A stretch of 64,000 nt of DNA, from positions 12,028,001 through 12,092,000 of the forward strand of contig CM060733.1 in the NCBI GenBank assembly GCA_030704615.1. Direction: 5' to 3'. Source of the stretch: Takakia lepidozioides. Lineage: Eukaryota > Plantae > Bryophyta. A model generated the notes under the pieces. That model saw only the letters and a list, made by a program, of their open reading frames with translations, made no database searches and was not told where the DNA came from. The first letter of the stretch is position 1; every line of letters begins with the position of its first letter. Positions 1 to 12,271 of this stretch are shown in pieces. The position numbers and the translations under genes were made by a program.

Positions 1-982
1 TGCTTGTGTTTGTTGTTGGTCCGTCTCTCTCTTCACGTAGCAATCGGCTGTCTTGCTTTCCCTGGCATTACTCTGGCTTGCCATTTACTCTCGGTGCGTG
101 TCTAGTGTCTACTTCTTTCCTTCATATTTTCACTGGATATGCGCCGAGTGCAATTTCGAGGCGTTTCTTCATGTCTCTTGCTTTGATATCCTCTGTCGCA
201 TTTCTTGTATCGCGAACTCAATGTAGCTTACAGGAAGCGTTTAATTTGACTTACCAGCAAGAACGAAGCAATCGTATTGAAATCTGGCATTCTTGTGACT
301 AGAAGAGTGTGGCTCTATTGTTGACACTGATTAAGATATCCTTCGTCTCTCGACTCCCAGCAAGGTGTGTTGTCGGGCTTAGACCAGAACTTCTAATCGT
401 GTGTAAGAGTTTGAAGCTGTCGCCTTCACCTTTTTCGCACTAGTTGTCTTTATTAGAGTTTTGTGCTCTTTTTGGTCGCTCATTCCAACCAGACGGTTTG
501 AGGTTGTCTCGTCTAGAAGAGTATTTGGCTTTCCTGTTGAAACGTCTTTGAAGTGAGCTCTCTTTTCTGGAAGGCCTGCGTAAGTCCCAACTAGGCCTCT
601 TTCCTCAATGCAACGAAATTGAGTACTTTCACCTGCAAGTAGAGGAAGTAGCGGTTTCCGAATACACACGGACCTCTTGAGCTCAAGTTTAAGCTGGCTG
701 TGAGAAGCCGAACTCCAGTCCAATGTCCAGGCCCGTCGTGGATGCTTAGAGGAACCGGATTTTCAGGGAAGCAGCGTTTTGTGCATTCCTCGCAATACGG
801 GCGATTTTTATCTCCCAGCGCACAAACACATTGTTAGAAGCTGTACATCCCGTCTGGATTGTGTAGTCTTTCATCTGGCATGTCCGTGGCGCTTGTAGTA
901 AGCTGAAATAAGTTTTCACGAATTGCGGAGGCGGATGGAGAGCGTGTCTTGGGCTTAGTTCGCTAAGGCAATTGTCCGTACA

Positions 983-2773
983 ATGCCTCGCCATTGGCAC
1001 TCATGGACGAGGTCGATGTCCTGCAAATCGGATATCGAGCAAGTGGCTGAACCGAAGCCTCTCTCCTGCTCCGGACCTACAGCTCAGTCAGATGGCAAGA
1101 TCAAACGAAGGTCATCGCACAGGTCCGGAGGATGCTCTAAATCTATAGCCAACCTAAGAGATGTGATTCATGGAAACACTCGTGTAGTTAGCAAACAAAC
1201 CTCTTCTTGCAACAGCCCGGAGAAAGGGGACTCTCAAAGGCAATCCACCGAGTACCTTACCAAAGTTCCCCTTAAACTCACAGAAGCAAAGAACGGGGTC
1301 AAAGGAGGCGATGGTAGCAGACCAGGAGTTTCTGAAAGAAGCGGGGCATCGACAGGAGCTTCAAATGCAACAAGTTTGCCATTCTACAAGGGGACACCGT
1401 TGAGAAAGTTCTCAGGATGTTATGATTGTAACATGGCCTACGAGACGCTTGATTCGATGCTCATCTCTAGAGAAGCATCGGTTCCTCACAGTGGCTCTGT
1501 TTCTCCTAAGTTCGTGTGCCAGAAATGCGGGGAGTCATTCCAGAAGTCTGACGCTCTCGTGCATCACCAAATTTCACGGCACGCAGGTCAGTTATCCTCC
1601 GTTGATAGCATAGCATTGGGGGATGAAGTGGAATGTCCAATCTAGCATTCTTGATTGTACGGCTCAAGCCTGGCACTCAGAAGTTCAGGCGAAATGTTTA
1701 ATGAAGGGGAGTCGTTGTGGCCAAATTCACAGTTTGTCGCTGCTCGTTTAGTTCTTGCAGGCTTCAGCTTTCTAAATCTGCCGCTTGCTCGTCACATGGC
1801 CATTGAGACTAGCGCACCCCTTAGTTGGGGCCAGGGTGTGCCACTGGTCTGCAGTACTGTCCAACCATTCCTGTGTTGTTTACCTTGAACAACTAACACT
1901 GTCACTTTTGAATAGGCTGCGGGAACAATATCAAGTTATCCCATATTGCAATTTAGTTCTTAATGATTGAGCTCCATCCGAGCTCATGTTGAACTGCATT
2001 GCGGAAAGTAAGCTCCCGCCCGAACTTACTAGTGTGTGCAAAATATTGAAAGAAACGGATAGGCTTTGGAGCTGTGCTCGATGGAATTCATGTTAAAGCT
2101 GATCTGAGACACGATACTGATATAAGTAACCGGCTGATTTCCAGTGTCCGAAATGGGGAAAGACGATTCTTCTCGGAATGTGGTGGAAATAATTTTCCGG
2201 ACCAGCTGGTTGAAGGAGACGCCTTACGGGAGAGTAGACAGAATACTCAAGATTGACAACACTGACAAGACAATAGCACGATTCGAAGAGTATCGTGCTA
2301 TGGTGAAAACTCAAGCAAGCAAGCAGGCAAAGAAGCAGCCGCGTTGCCTTGCAGATGGTAATGAGCTTCTGCGGTTCTATGGTACAACTCTGTCATGCTC
2401 CCTGGGGGTCAATGGTTCCTCCAACCTATGTAATTTGGCTACTTGTAATGTGTGCAACATCATTCGGTCGGGATTTACTGTAAAGAAAGACGTGAGGAAG
2501 GGCATCTACACCACGGCAACCAGTGGGAAGGCTCATGACTCGCTAAGAGGGGAAGTTTCGAAAGGAAAACATGCCATGCTTGTGTGTAGAGTGATCGCAG
2601 GGCGTGTACACAAATCCTGTGAGGATGGTACACAGTTTGATGGTTCGGCTTCTCCCCATCCGGGATATGACTCTAGGTCCGGTGAACTTGGACCAGCTGC
2701 CAGCCTAGATGATCTAGTTGTCTTCAATCCCAAGGCAGTTCTCCCCTGTTTTGTGGTGGTGTATAGAGTGTAA
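983..2773 (+). CDS. Plant C2H2 zinc-finger protein with C-terminal PARP/ADP-ribosyltransferase-like domain (2 exons: 983-1586, 2145-2773)
   Basis: Exon 1 ends in a C2H2 motif CQKCGESFQKSDALVHHQISRH. The phase-1 intron (GCAG|GTCAGT ... TTCCAG|TG) joins it in frame to SRNVVEIIFRTSW...RCLADGNELLRFYGTT...CRVIAGRV...VFNPKAVLPCFVVVY, the conserved plant ZF-PARP-like family signature. Confidence 0.9.
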
Positions 2774-5375
2774 GCAATTCCCTTCAATCGTAGGTTTTGC
2801 TGTTCTTTTATGTTAGAGAATAAGCTCCTCTTTGTGCAGCTTCTAATGCATACCCCATCCTTCATGCCTGGATGGCTTATAAGTGCAGCCTACTGGGGCT
2901 GTCTTTTTCTCTCACATTCTCAAAACTATGTTCCAAGATTAAGCTCGCTCCTGGGCCCTACCTTTCTTTCTCTTCCAGATTTATCATTCTGGACAAAAGC
3001 CCAGAGTGGACATTTGTATTATATTCACTGTAAACAATGGCCAATTGGTTATTTACGTCGTAGTTATGTATTCCTATGGTCTCAATAAATCGCGGTCGTA
3101 TCGAGCTTCCTATATTCGCAGTTCTGGCTGTGTATTTGTTGCTAAGGAAACATGTCCCTGTTCCCTGATGTCATTATACAGTGTGCGTTTTACTCAATAA
3201 ATATTTTCGACCTAAAAGCAACCTATAATTCTCTTGAAGTAAAGTCATTTCATGGAGAGGAACAAGGTCAGTGGGTTGTCTAGTCCTTAAAAAATCATTT
3301 TTCATGGATTGAGGTCATGAAACGGAGCATCCACCACAAGCTTAACCCTTCAAGGACGAGCCTGTTTTTGGTGGGCCCCGTCTAAAACCAGACATACCCT
3401 CACGGATGAGGGTGTATCTCCCATTGGACAAACATCCGAGGGGATGAACCGTTCCAAAGTCATCCTACCTACTTCATGCACCTCAAGTAAAAATTTCAGG
3501 AGAATTGACCGTCCAAAGCGGAAGATTATAACAAAAATTCTAGGCTTTTTTTTTTTTTTGTTGGATATATTTTCAACATGAAAATTTGGTTTGACCAAGC
3601 AGATTGCCAACCTTTTTTATTTTTCATTGATACAGCCTACCCAGATTCAGATTATATGGCACCCACAGCAAAGCCTCCCAAAATTCCAGAGCCAAATTCC
3701 AAAAATGCATAATGGTTGCTTTGTATGGGAAAACAGGGGGGTCAAAATGCCAATTTCTCTCATGGGAAAAACACATCCCCCCAAATGTGGGGCAATTTGT
3801 GAGGGAATCCAAATTCCTCTCGTCATGTTGTTGTTTGCCTACCTACCGAGTACCCTGGAAAAAAAATTCCACATTCTAAGCTCTTTGTAGCCAAAGATTG
3901 CCAAAAAAACCGAAACCCTACTTGAATCCCAGCTCCGGCCAAGAATTGCCGGAGCCGGTGGACATTACCGGCCAAAAAATTCGGCCACGTCATCACAAAC
4001 CAAGGAGGTCACGGGGCCCTCCACCCTGCGTTTCAGCGCTCTCCCTCCATGACCTGCCAACGGCCACCTGATTGGGCCACGCACCTAAACCCTACGCGGG
4101 TGAGAATCTCCCGCCCCCGCCACCTGCCACCTGATTGGGCCACGTGCCTAGCATTTCGCGCGTGCCGGGGGTCCGCCGCTGTCCGCACGGGCGGACATGC
4201 AGCCCCCCGCTGTCACCCGCTGCCGGCAAACGCCCCCCCCCCCCCAAATCCTGCCTGCCACGTCTGCCAGTCAACCTGCTGACGGGCCCAAAACCACAGG
4301 ATTTTGGGTACCCCTCCAGATTCCAAAAAAATCCTGACGGCGGGGGATTAGATTTTTTAGGGTGCGATCAACACAGGGGGCAGTAAATATTTATGGGCTA
4401 CAATCGTTTTCATCCGACATGATCTGCGCATTTATCATCCAATCGAAATTTCGACCCGACCCGATACGGGTCGCCTCGTCCTTGAAGGGTTAACGCAGTG
4501 ATCGAGGAAAGTGCAGAGGATATATAGCGTCTTGAGCATTGAGTGGGTCCTATGTCCCTGAACCTGTGCCCTGTCTGCACGACTATGCTTGGCAGTCTGC
4601 CATTGATGATACTCAAGTGCTAACTGACATGACGCAAACGCTACATCCAATTGTCTACTCTCACCACTAACTTTTTCCAGGACTCCTTTAAGAAAATGGG
4701 CCGTTGTGAGAGCCGTCAGTTTCCAGCCAGGTAGCCTCCTGGTCAATGGTCAAGTCCAGCTCATGAATGAATTTTGCTAGACAGTTCAGGAGTAATCTGC
4801 CATGGCCAGGACGTTGGCTGCATTTACATTCCCATTTGGAAGAGGAGAGAGAAAGGTGAGGACGTGTGAAAAGAGGAGGCTGTGGTGTCTAGCAACGGGC
4901 TATGTGTAGAGTAGGGTGATACTCCACGGGTGATAAATGAGAACCAGTAGGGCTTCATTTGTATTGGCCTTGCCTTCCTAAAGGCAGGACTACTCAAAGG
5001 GTTAAAGATACTCAGCACCCATACTCGCGATGATCTTTCGAATAGTTCACGACAGGTGTACTGGGAATATTTTATCCATACATATAGATGAAGGAAATCC
5101 TTGGATGAATAATTTTATGCATGAGAATGAAACTGCCTAGAAATTTCCTTTGTTAAAATAGTCAACTTCTTGCCTGAAAGTATTCATCCTGACAGGACGA
5201 GTTACATTACGTCAGGAAATTCGTAAGATGACGATGTGGGGGGCCCTATGAAAGGGGCAGATTGGTTTTTACTGAGGTAAAGGGCAGCTGATGGGGCCTT
5301 TCTATACTCGCTCAGAATTTTGTGTGGCCTCGTCGTAATGAGACTGGTCAGACGATGGGGCCCGCCATAGGAGCA

Positions 5376-5740
5376 AACTACCTTCATGCAGCGAGGACTT
5401 ACAATTTTTTTGGCATATGAAATTTACAACTACCTCCATGCAGGTAGTTTTAGGATTGTTCTACCTGAAGGTAGTTGCAAAACCAAGCTAAACTACCTGC
5501 ATGAGAGTAGTCACATACCCACCTCCATGGAGGTAGTTGTCGTAGTCTTAGGATTGTTCTACCTGAAGGTAGTTGCAAAACCAAGCTGAAACTACCTCCA
5601 TGAGAGTAGTCACATACCCACCTCCATGGAGGTAGTTGTCGTAGTCTTGGATTGTTCTAACTGAAGGTGTAGTTGCAAAACCAAGGTGAAACTACCTGCA
5701 TGAAAGTAGTCACATACCCACCTCCATGAAGGTAGTTGTA
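5376..5740. repeat. Tandem array of ~99-bp units built from AACTACC...GGTAGTT palindromes
   Basis: About 3 copies of aaactacctgcatgagagtagtcacatacccacctccatggaggtagttgtcgtagtctt..aaggtagttgcaaaaccaagct. Confidence 0.85.
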
Positions 5741-5943
5741 GTGAGCACCTTTGAACCACATCCAAGGAATGGAACCCGAGACCTGAATCACCACATCGCC
5801 GTCGACCTACCACCAAACCACAACCTCCACCACACCAAAAAAAACTGTAGTTTTTCTCATATATAAGAGAAACGGGGAATAGGGATCGTTTTGATGTCCA
5901 TGTCCCCTCTGCACCCTGCGGCCTCATTACAACAAGGCCAAAC

Positions 5944-6066
5944 AAAATTCTGAGGCTTCTATACTAGGGGAAGTCCTGGTGGGCTTCCACTGCTTAAAGA
6001 CGAGGCCACACAAAATTCTAAGGCTTCTATACTAGGGGAAGTCTTGGGCTTCCACTGCTTAAAGAC
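5944..6066. repeat. ~65-bp tandem duplication
   Basis: aaaattct.aggcttctatactaggggaagtc...gggcttccactgcttaaagac occurs twice. Confidence 0.8.
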
Positions 6067-6646
6067 ACATGGCTTTCCCGAGGTGGATGGCTGAGATCTC
6101 TTGAAGATCATGGTTGATGGCTGTTCTTAGAACTGAAATAAAAAAAAGGAAATTAGAAAAGAAAAGGTGAAGGGTGTAAGGTCCTTGCCTGCGCGCTGTT
6201 GGCCGGACATTGCGCCAGATAAGGTCCCCCAAAACACAAAGGGTAAAAACCCGTAGATTTTTACGATGTTTAAGAATGTGTGAGTGAGGGCGCTAGAGCT
6301 TGTGAGTAGGGCAGGGGGTTGCATGTATTCCCTGCATTTGTTTTATTTACCTGGGAGTACTGTTCACAAATCAGGCCATTTAAATACAATGAGAGGAACT
6401 AACCATTCTCCAGGGAACCTTGCATGAGCACCAAGTACAAGGCTCAAAGTTGTGGCCCACCCAAAAGGCCGGGGAGTCTGGATCTTAATTTTCCAAAGCT
6501 CGATCTTGGATTTGGTGGTTCTTTTAGGTTCACGCTCGCTCGTGTCCATATGATCTTGACATCAATCTTAGAGCTAGTATCCAAATCTTACTTTTCCAAA
6601 GCTTAATCTTGGGCTTGGCAAAAATGAAATATCCACAAAACAGGGT

Positions 6647-6836
6647 TGTGGCCCGGTGTTAAGCCACTTGTGTATTGGCCTAAGGGTCTTGGGTTCAAAC
6701 CTTTGTCGGCTGTCTCTTTGCCTTCGGGCTGGGGCGCTGCCCCTGTAATGCCTCCATGGCTTGGAAAGGGGGTTCATTTTCCCCCTCAAGGCCCGGTGGC
6801 TAGGGCTGGTGTTTCCTTGGGGAAAAAAAAGAAAAT
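6647..6836 (+). mobile_element. tRNA-derived SINE-like element, family B (near full-length copy)
   Basis: A-box-like TGGCCCGGTG, B-box GGTTCAAACC, a body shared with the copies at 21033-21162 (-) and 49210-49970 (+), and an A-rich tail. Confidence 0.65.
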
Positions 6837-6983
6837 ATCCACTACTGATGGTAGCTCATGGTAGCTCATGGTAGCTCAGTTGGATACATTCTGTGCCACG
6901 TGTGTGATTCTAAATCATGCTACTATGTTGGGTGGTATTGTATCCACGCAAGATTGATGTGGATTGGTATCGTGTGAAGACAA

Positions 6984-8241
6984 TGTGAGCGTGCTCACGT
7001 GAGCAGGCCTGGCGTAAGCACGATCATGGGGGTTTAACGTTTTAAAACCTCGGTCATAGGAGTTATATGTTTTCAGAAAAACAACCATAAGAGGATACAG
7101 GGGATTGGTGCATTTATAGGGTACAACTGCACCAAGGAAGCTACGCCATGAACCTGCTCATGTGAGCCTATGAGCCCAGGCTCACGTTTGACCCACTAAG
7201 CATGAGCTTAGGCATCACGCTTAGTGGTCGTGAGCGCAAAGTGGTGCAATATTAGAAAAGAGGCCTATATCCGAGGATAAATGCAGATCTATTCCCACGA
7301 GAATACCAGCGGTGTCATTTGAGAAATTGGAATCGTATTGGTGTATTCATTATGTGCTTGTAATCAGGTGTGAGGACTTATGTGGGCGTTGACGACTACA
7401 TAATTCCTAGACCTCACCAGTCCACGAATTATGTGGGCGTCAACACCCACATAAGTTCTCACATTTATTTTTTTGAAAATTTGGGGTTTTTTTTTTTGGG
7501 GGTCATTTGAAGGCTTGCGGGAGGTCCATGAAGTATGTGGGCGTCAATGCCACATAAGTCCTCACATATATATATACATATTGAAAATTTGGGGGTTTTT
7601 TTTTTTTGGTCATTGGAGGGTTTACGGGAGGTCCACGAATTATGTGGACGTCAACACCCATGTAATTTTTTTTTTCTTTTTTTTTGGTCCTTGGAGGACT
7701 TGTGGGAGATCCATGCATTATGTGGGCGTCAACACCCCCATAAATCCTCACATTATTTATTTATTTTTTAAATCGCTTTATTGTGTCATTAAAGGACTTG
7801 CGGGAGGTCCATGAATTATGTGGGCGTCAACACCCCATAAGAGACAATGAAGGCAAAGTAATAGGACATCCAAAATAAATATCACACCACGTGCAGCATC
7901 TCATTGTTCGACAATATAAACTCATCGTAGCTAAAAGTGTCCAAAGTTGAACTCACGTGAACACAAACTTGGGTTTCGTCAACAAAATTGGTTTTTTTTT
8001 TTCTCTCTCTCTCACGTTAGCACAAACTTGGGTTTCGTCAGCAAAATTCGTTCTTGTGATTACATTTTTTTGCTTGACAAGTTGTTGTGACCGATCGATG
8101 TGCTCATTCAATCATGGGATAGGTATTGGCACGGAAATGCACGGAAATAGATGAAATATCCGCGGTTATGGGGCCCCTTTCCCAGGCTCACGTGAGCCTG
8201 GCCAAGCTCACAAGCTCACGTGAGCTTATGAGCAGGCTCAC
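6984..8241. mobile_element. Non-autonomous DNA transposon-like element with GCTCACGTGAGC subterminal repeats and an internal hairpin minisatellite (7378-7840)
   Basis: Inverted ends gtgagcgtgctca / tgagcaggctcacg, clusters of GTGAGC/GCTCAC at both ends, and six internal TTATGTGGG-N-CCCACATAA-type units. Confidence 0.6.
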
Positions 8242-9574
8242 GAATTAGCATTCCTCCAACTGCATAAACTACTTGGCATATCCTAGCTAGCTTCATAAAC
8301 ATTGAATACACTCCAAATAATCACTTGCAAACCATAACATATACTATTAAGGGGCCTGATTTGTGAGCTGTCGCTCCAAGGTGTTTCCTTTAGAAAAAAG
8401 AAAAAAGAACATATTAAGTATTTAAATAATAATAATATTAAACATTTTGGTGGCCGTTCACCTTCAACGATAAACAAACGACACCATATATGAACTCTAG
8501 TTCAACTAGGGTTTTGCGAGGTGAAACCTTGAGTAGTATAGTCAGCATCCCTAAACCTATAACAGCGGCAGCGGCGGGTTTCGCATTGAAAAACATTGGG
8601 TGATACAACCACAAACCTAAGCAGCGGTGGGTTTCGCATTGAGAAACCCCTAGTGATATAGATTGAATCCAAACTTTCTATACCAACACGTAACAAACCC
8701 ACATCCAAAATTTGCCCAACATCTGGGTAGTCTTAGTATAATATACATGTTTTGATATTGTTCAGTGTCATGAGAGAGAATAGGGTTTAGGATATAGGTT
8801 CCGACACATTCTATGGCATTTTCAATGGAAATCTCTCCAGGTATCTGCTGCATAAACCCTATATTTTTTTCAGTTTTTCCTTGAGAAAGTATATCTCAAA
8901 ATGTAAAAGTAGTTTCAGGGGTCAGAATTTCGCCCTACGAAATTATCCATGGGTGAGGACCAGTGTTGGACCGGTAAATGGGGGCGAGGTGGGGTATTAG
9001 CACGGGTAAGGGTATTGCAGCAGGGTACCAGACCAAGCGGGTATAAGAAACTGGCAATACCCCGAGCAGAACATATTGGGGGCAATATAATAAAACACTA
9101 ATACTTGGGCTCCTACCAGACCAGCCTAGTATCACAAGGAACGCATCTTTGTCGATACCAATACCATGTCTTCCACCATCGCTTGCACCCTAGGTATCAA
9201 TATGTAGAGCGTTAGGGATTTAGGGTGCAGCAAGGGAGAGTTGCGGCTCTTTGATTGACGCGATCTGAATGGCGATTTTGGGGGCTGCCAATATTGCGGA
9301 AGTTGCTGATATTGATTAGATGCTCTAGGGTACGCCTCTCTTTCCCTTATGTTTGCCTTTCATTGTTGTTTACTTTACTCATGTAGGGTATAGGAACATT
9401 AATGAACTCTGAGCACATGAACTTCCTCCCAAAATTGTCTCTTGAAATCATCTTAGACTTATGAGGATGCCTTGTTTTGTAGTTTTCTTGCTTGGTTGCA
9501 TGGTGGCCGGTGTCCATGCAGCTGCAGTTTTCTTATCTACTTGTATGCTACTGGGATTCTATTTTGTAACTACC

Positions 9575-11918
9575 ATGGAAGGGTACTCATTCAGTGAGTT
9601 TGAGCTGGCATGTCTGGCGGATGAAGGTAGAGATATTGGAGTCACAAGTGACCACATCCCCGAGACACTATGCACAGGATCTAATGTGGAGGGGCCTACT
9701 GAGACGGTGGCTGACATTCAGACTATTGAGGAGAGTGCATTGTGGCGGGTGAAGTATGCTGGGTTGCAGGAGAATGCAAGATTTTGGGTTCCTTATCATC
9801 GCAGCAGCAGTGTATGGGCGTTCTTTAGGTTGCTGAAGGAAGATCAAGTTGTTGATGTTGCAGCTGTGCAAGTCATGAGGTGTGTTATCTGTTGTCAACA
9901 GGCTCGGACATCCAGTGAGTCCCAGCGCAGCACTGGCAACACTACCCGCTCCCGCAAGGGCATTGTGCAATATAATCCAGCGCATGGTTCCACCAGTATG
10001 AAGAAACGTCTTCATAATGAGCACCCTGCTGATTTCGAGCGATTCATTGTTGAGTCCACATCTGGTGAAGCTGATGCAGTAAAACAAAAGTCCAAAAAAC
10101 GCAAAGGAGTTCATCCTTCTGCCATAACTGAGTATTTTGGAGGAGAAGGTACTGGTTATCGAAACCAAGACCCCCTCAACTAAAATTCATTGAGGACTTG
10201 GTTCTTTTCATTGCAAATGGCTACGAGTCTTTATGTGTTTTAGAATCCCCTTGGTTGCGGAGATTGGTTATGCACAGGGATCCCAAGATTAGATTTCCCA
10301 CCAGAAAAGCCTTAGTGAAAGAGCACATCCCTCATATGCTAGCTCAAACCATGGAGCTATATATTTTACCTACTCTTGCTACCTATGCCACTGCTAGCGT
10401 GACATTCGACTTGTGGATGTCAAGGGCAGGACTGGATACCTTTGCCCTTATAGTTAATTTTATTGATGATCAATGGCAGCCACAACATGTTACTGTGGGC
10501 TTGTTCGAGGCACCAAACACTGTCGGGTCTGCTTTGGCTGGTCTTGTTAAACCCCTACTTGCTCAACACAAACTCACAGACAAAATACTAGCCTATGTCA
10601 AGGATGAGGGGTCAAACCTTGTTACTCTTGCTTCTGTCAACCGTGGTCACATGTACCCCATTCCAGCTGCAGAAACCTTTAGTTGGGTATTGTTTTGGTC
10701 ATGCTCTCTCAAAAGCTTGTCAGTATGCTACTAATGATACCAAGGTTTGTGCGGGTATGAAAGAAGTGTCATTGAAGAATGCTTAGTCTGCACTCCAGAA
10801 AACCATCACATGGACTAAGAAGTCCGGGAAGGGCCGTCAGGAATGGGATCGAGCTTGCATCGACGCAGGCCTGCCTACCAGAAAGCTCAAGACGCCAGTA
10901 AAAACAAGGCTCGCCAACAAAATTGTGTTATTTCAAGTAACACTGGCTTACGCAAATGTGATTAACATTTGCTATGGCAGGCAAAGTTTGTTGCTATAGG
11001 CTCAGGTGCCTTCTGGCCTAACATGGGCCATAGCTCATGTTGTGACGGAGACCTTGAATCCCCTTATAACTCGGTGTGCTCTAAACCAGACCCGTGGGTA
11101 CTGGTTGTTGTCCGATGCTTTGCATGCAGCTATTATGATCTCCATTAAGTTAGCAGGTGAGGCAAATCGACGTGCAGGGCCTGTCCCAGAATTACGCTAT
11201 GGAGACTCGGATTCAGAACTTGAGATCCTGTATTGCAAAATGACTCAGGAGGCTGTGAATGTCCTGAAGTCTTTTCTTGCATTTGTTGTTTCTTTTCAAG
11301 CTAATAAGGCTCACAACATGGTTGCCCTTATGCTTGATCCATGTTTCAAGGGATTACAGTGTGTGACTGAGTTCATTGGAAGGGACAAAGCCAAAATTGT
11401 TGTTTAGGAGTATGACAATAAGGCTATAATTCCTTTGCTTGTGAAAGCTTGTAAATTTTTGAATCCAGGTGTACCAGCTATGGCAGGCCCAACGCAAGAT
11501 GCATAGGTTGATTCTTTGTTTGATGCTCCAGTCAGCACAGAGGAAGCAAGCGAGGGTTTGTTGCGGTCCGAGTTGTCCCTTTTTCGACGACTTGTTGTGA
11601 AGGAGGAGGAAGCAGCTTCTCATTTGCAATGGTGGAAAGCAAATGCTTCAAGATTCCCCAATGTGTCATTCTGCCGCTGAAAAAATACGTTCAGTCTCAA
11701 TCTGGCTGCCCGGGATGGCTAAGTAATCGCTGTAGATTAGGGGTCAAAAAATTTGGATGCTCTAATTATGATTTACAAGAATTGGCCAAGTGATGCACGT
11801 ATGGGGTGCCCACTGGCTAAGCAATCAGTTTCAGAATATTATTTCTGCAGAAGCTGAGCTGCTAGAGGAGTGTGAAGATGAGCTGGGGAAGGCTGGCTTG
11901 TTTGAAGAAGAAGAGTAG
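9575..11918 (+). pseudogene. Decayed hAT-superfamily transposase, copy 1
   Basis: BED finger (VWAFF..CVICC..H..H), SVTFDLW, YVKDEGSN, MLDPCFK and a C-terminal WWK..RFP dimerisation region. Several in-frame stops and frameshifts; GGTAT/ATACC-rich subterminal flanks at ~8980-9200 and ~12140-12270. Confidence 0.9.
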
Positions 11919-12271
11919 GGTGCTCTAATTTTGCCATTCAAAAATTTGCTTAGGCTTGGAGCATTGTCTCATTTATCAGCCTGTAATATGGCTCTTGTAA
12001 GGTGACCTCAAATTACCTAAGGTGAGATCCGGCTCCTTGTTATTATGAATTGCGGCACTCAGCGGCTGAAGTGCTCACCTCAGCGGTATAATTTGGACAG
12101 ATTTTTATTTTTCAGTTTTTTTATTATTTAAAAAAAAACTGTATTGCTACCAATATTGATATATCCCCAGTATAAGATTTGAAATTTGAAATACTGATAT
12201 CATACCATACCAAGCCAAACAAAAACAATATACATACCAGACTGGTACATTAAAAGCTTAATACCTATGGC

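Noticed and set aside
379-1000. Antisense ORFs upstream of the zinc-finger gene
   Set aside because: No recognisable motifs; most likely the 5' UTR or leader intron of the + strand gene.
7378-7840. CRISPR array
   Set aside because: The spacers are homologous to each other and T-rich, there are no cas genes, and the context is a eukaryotic transposon.
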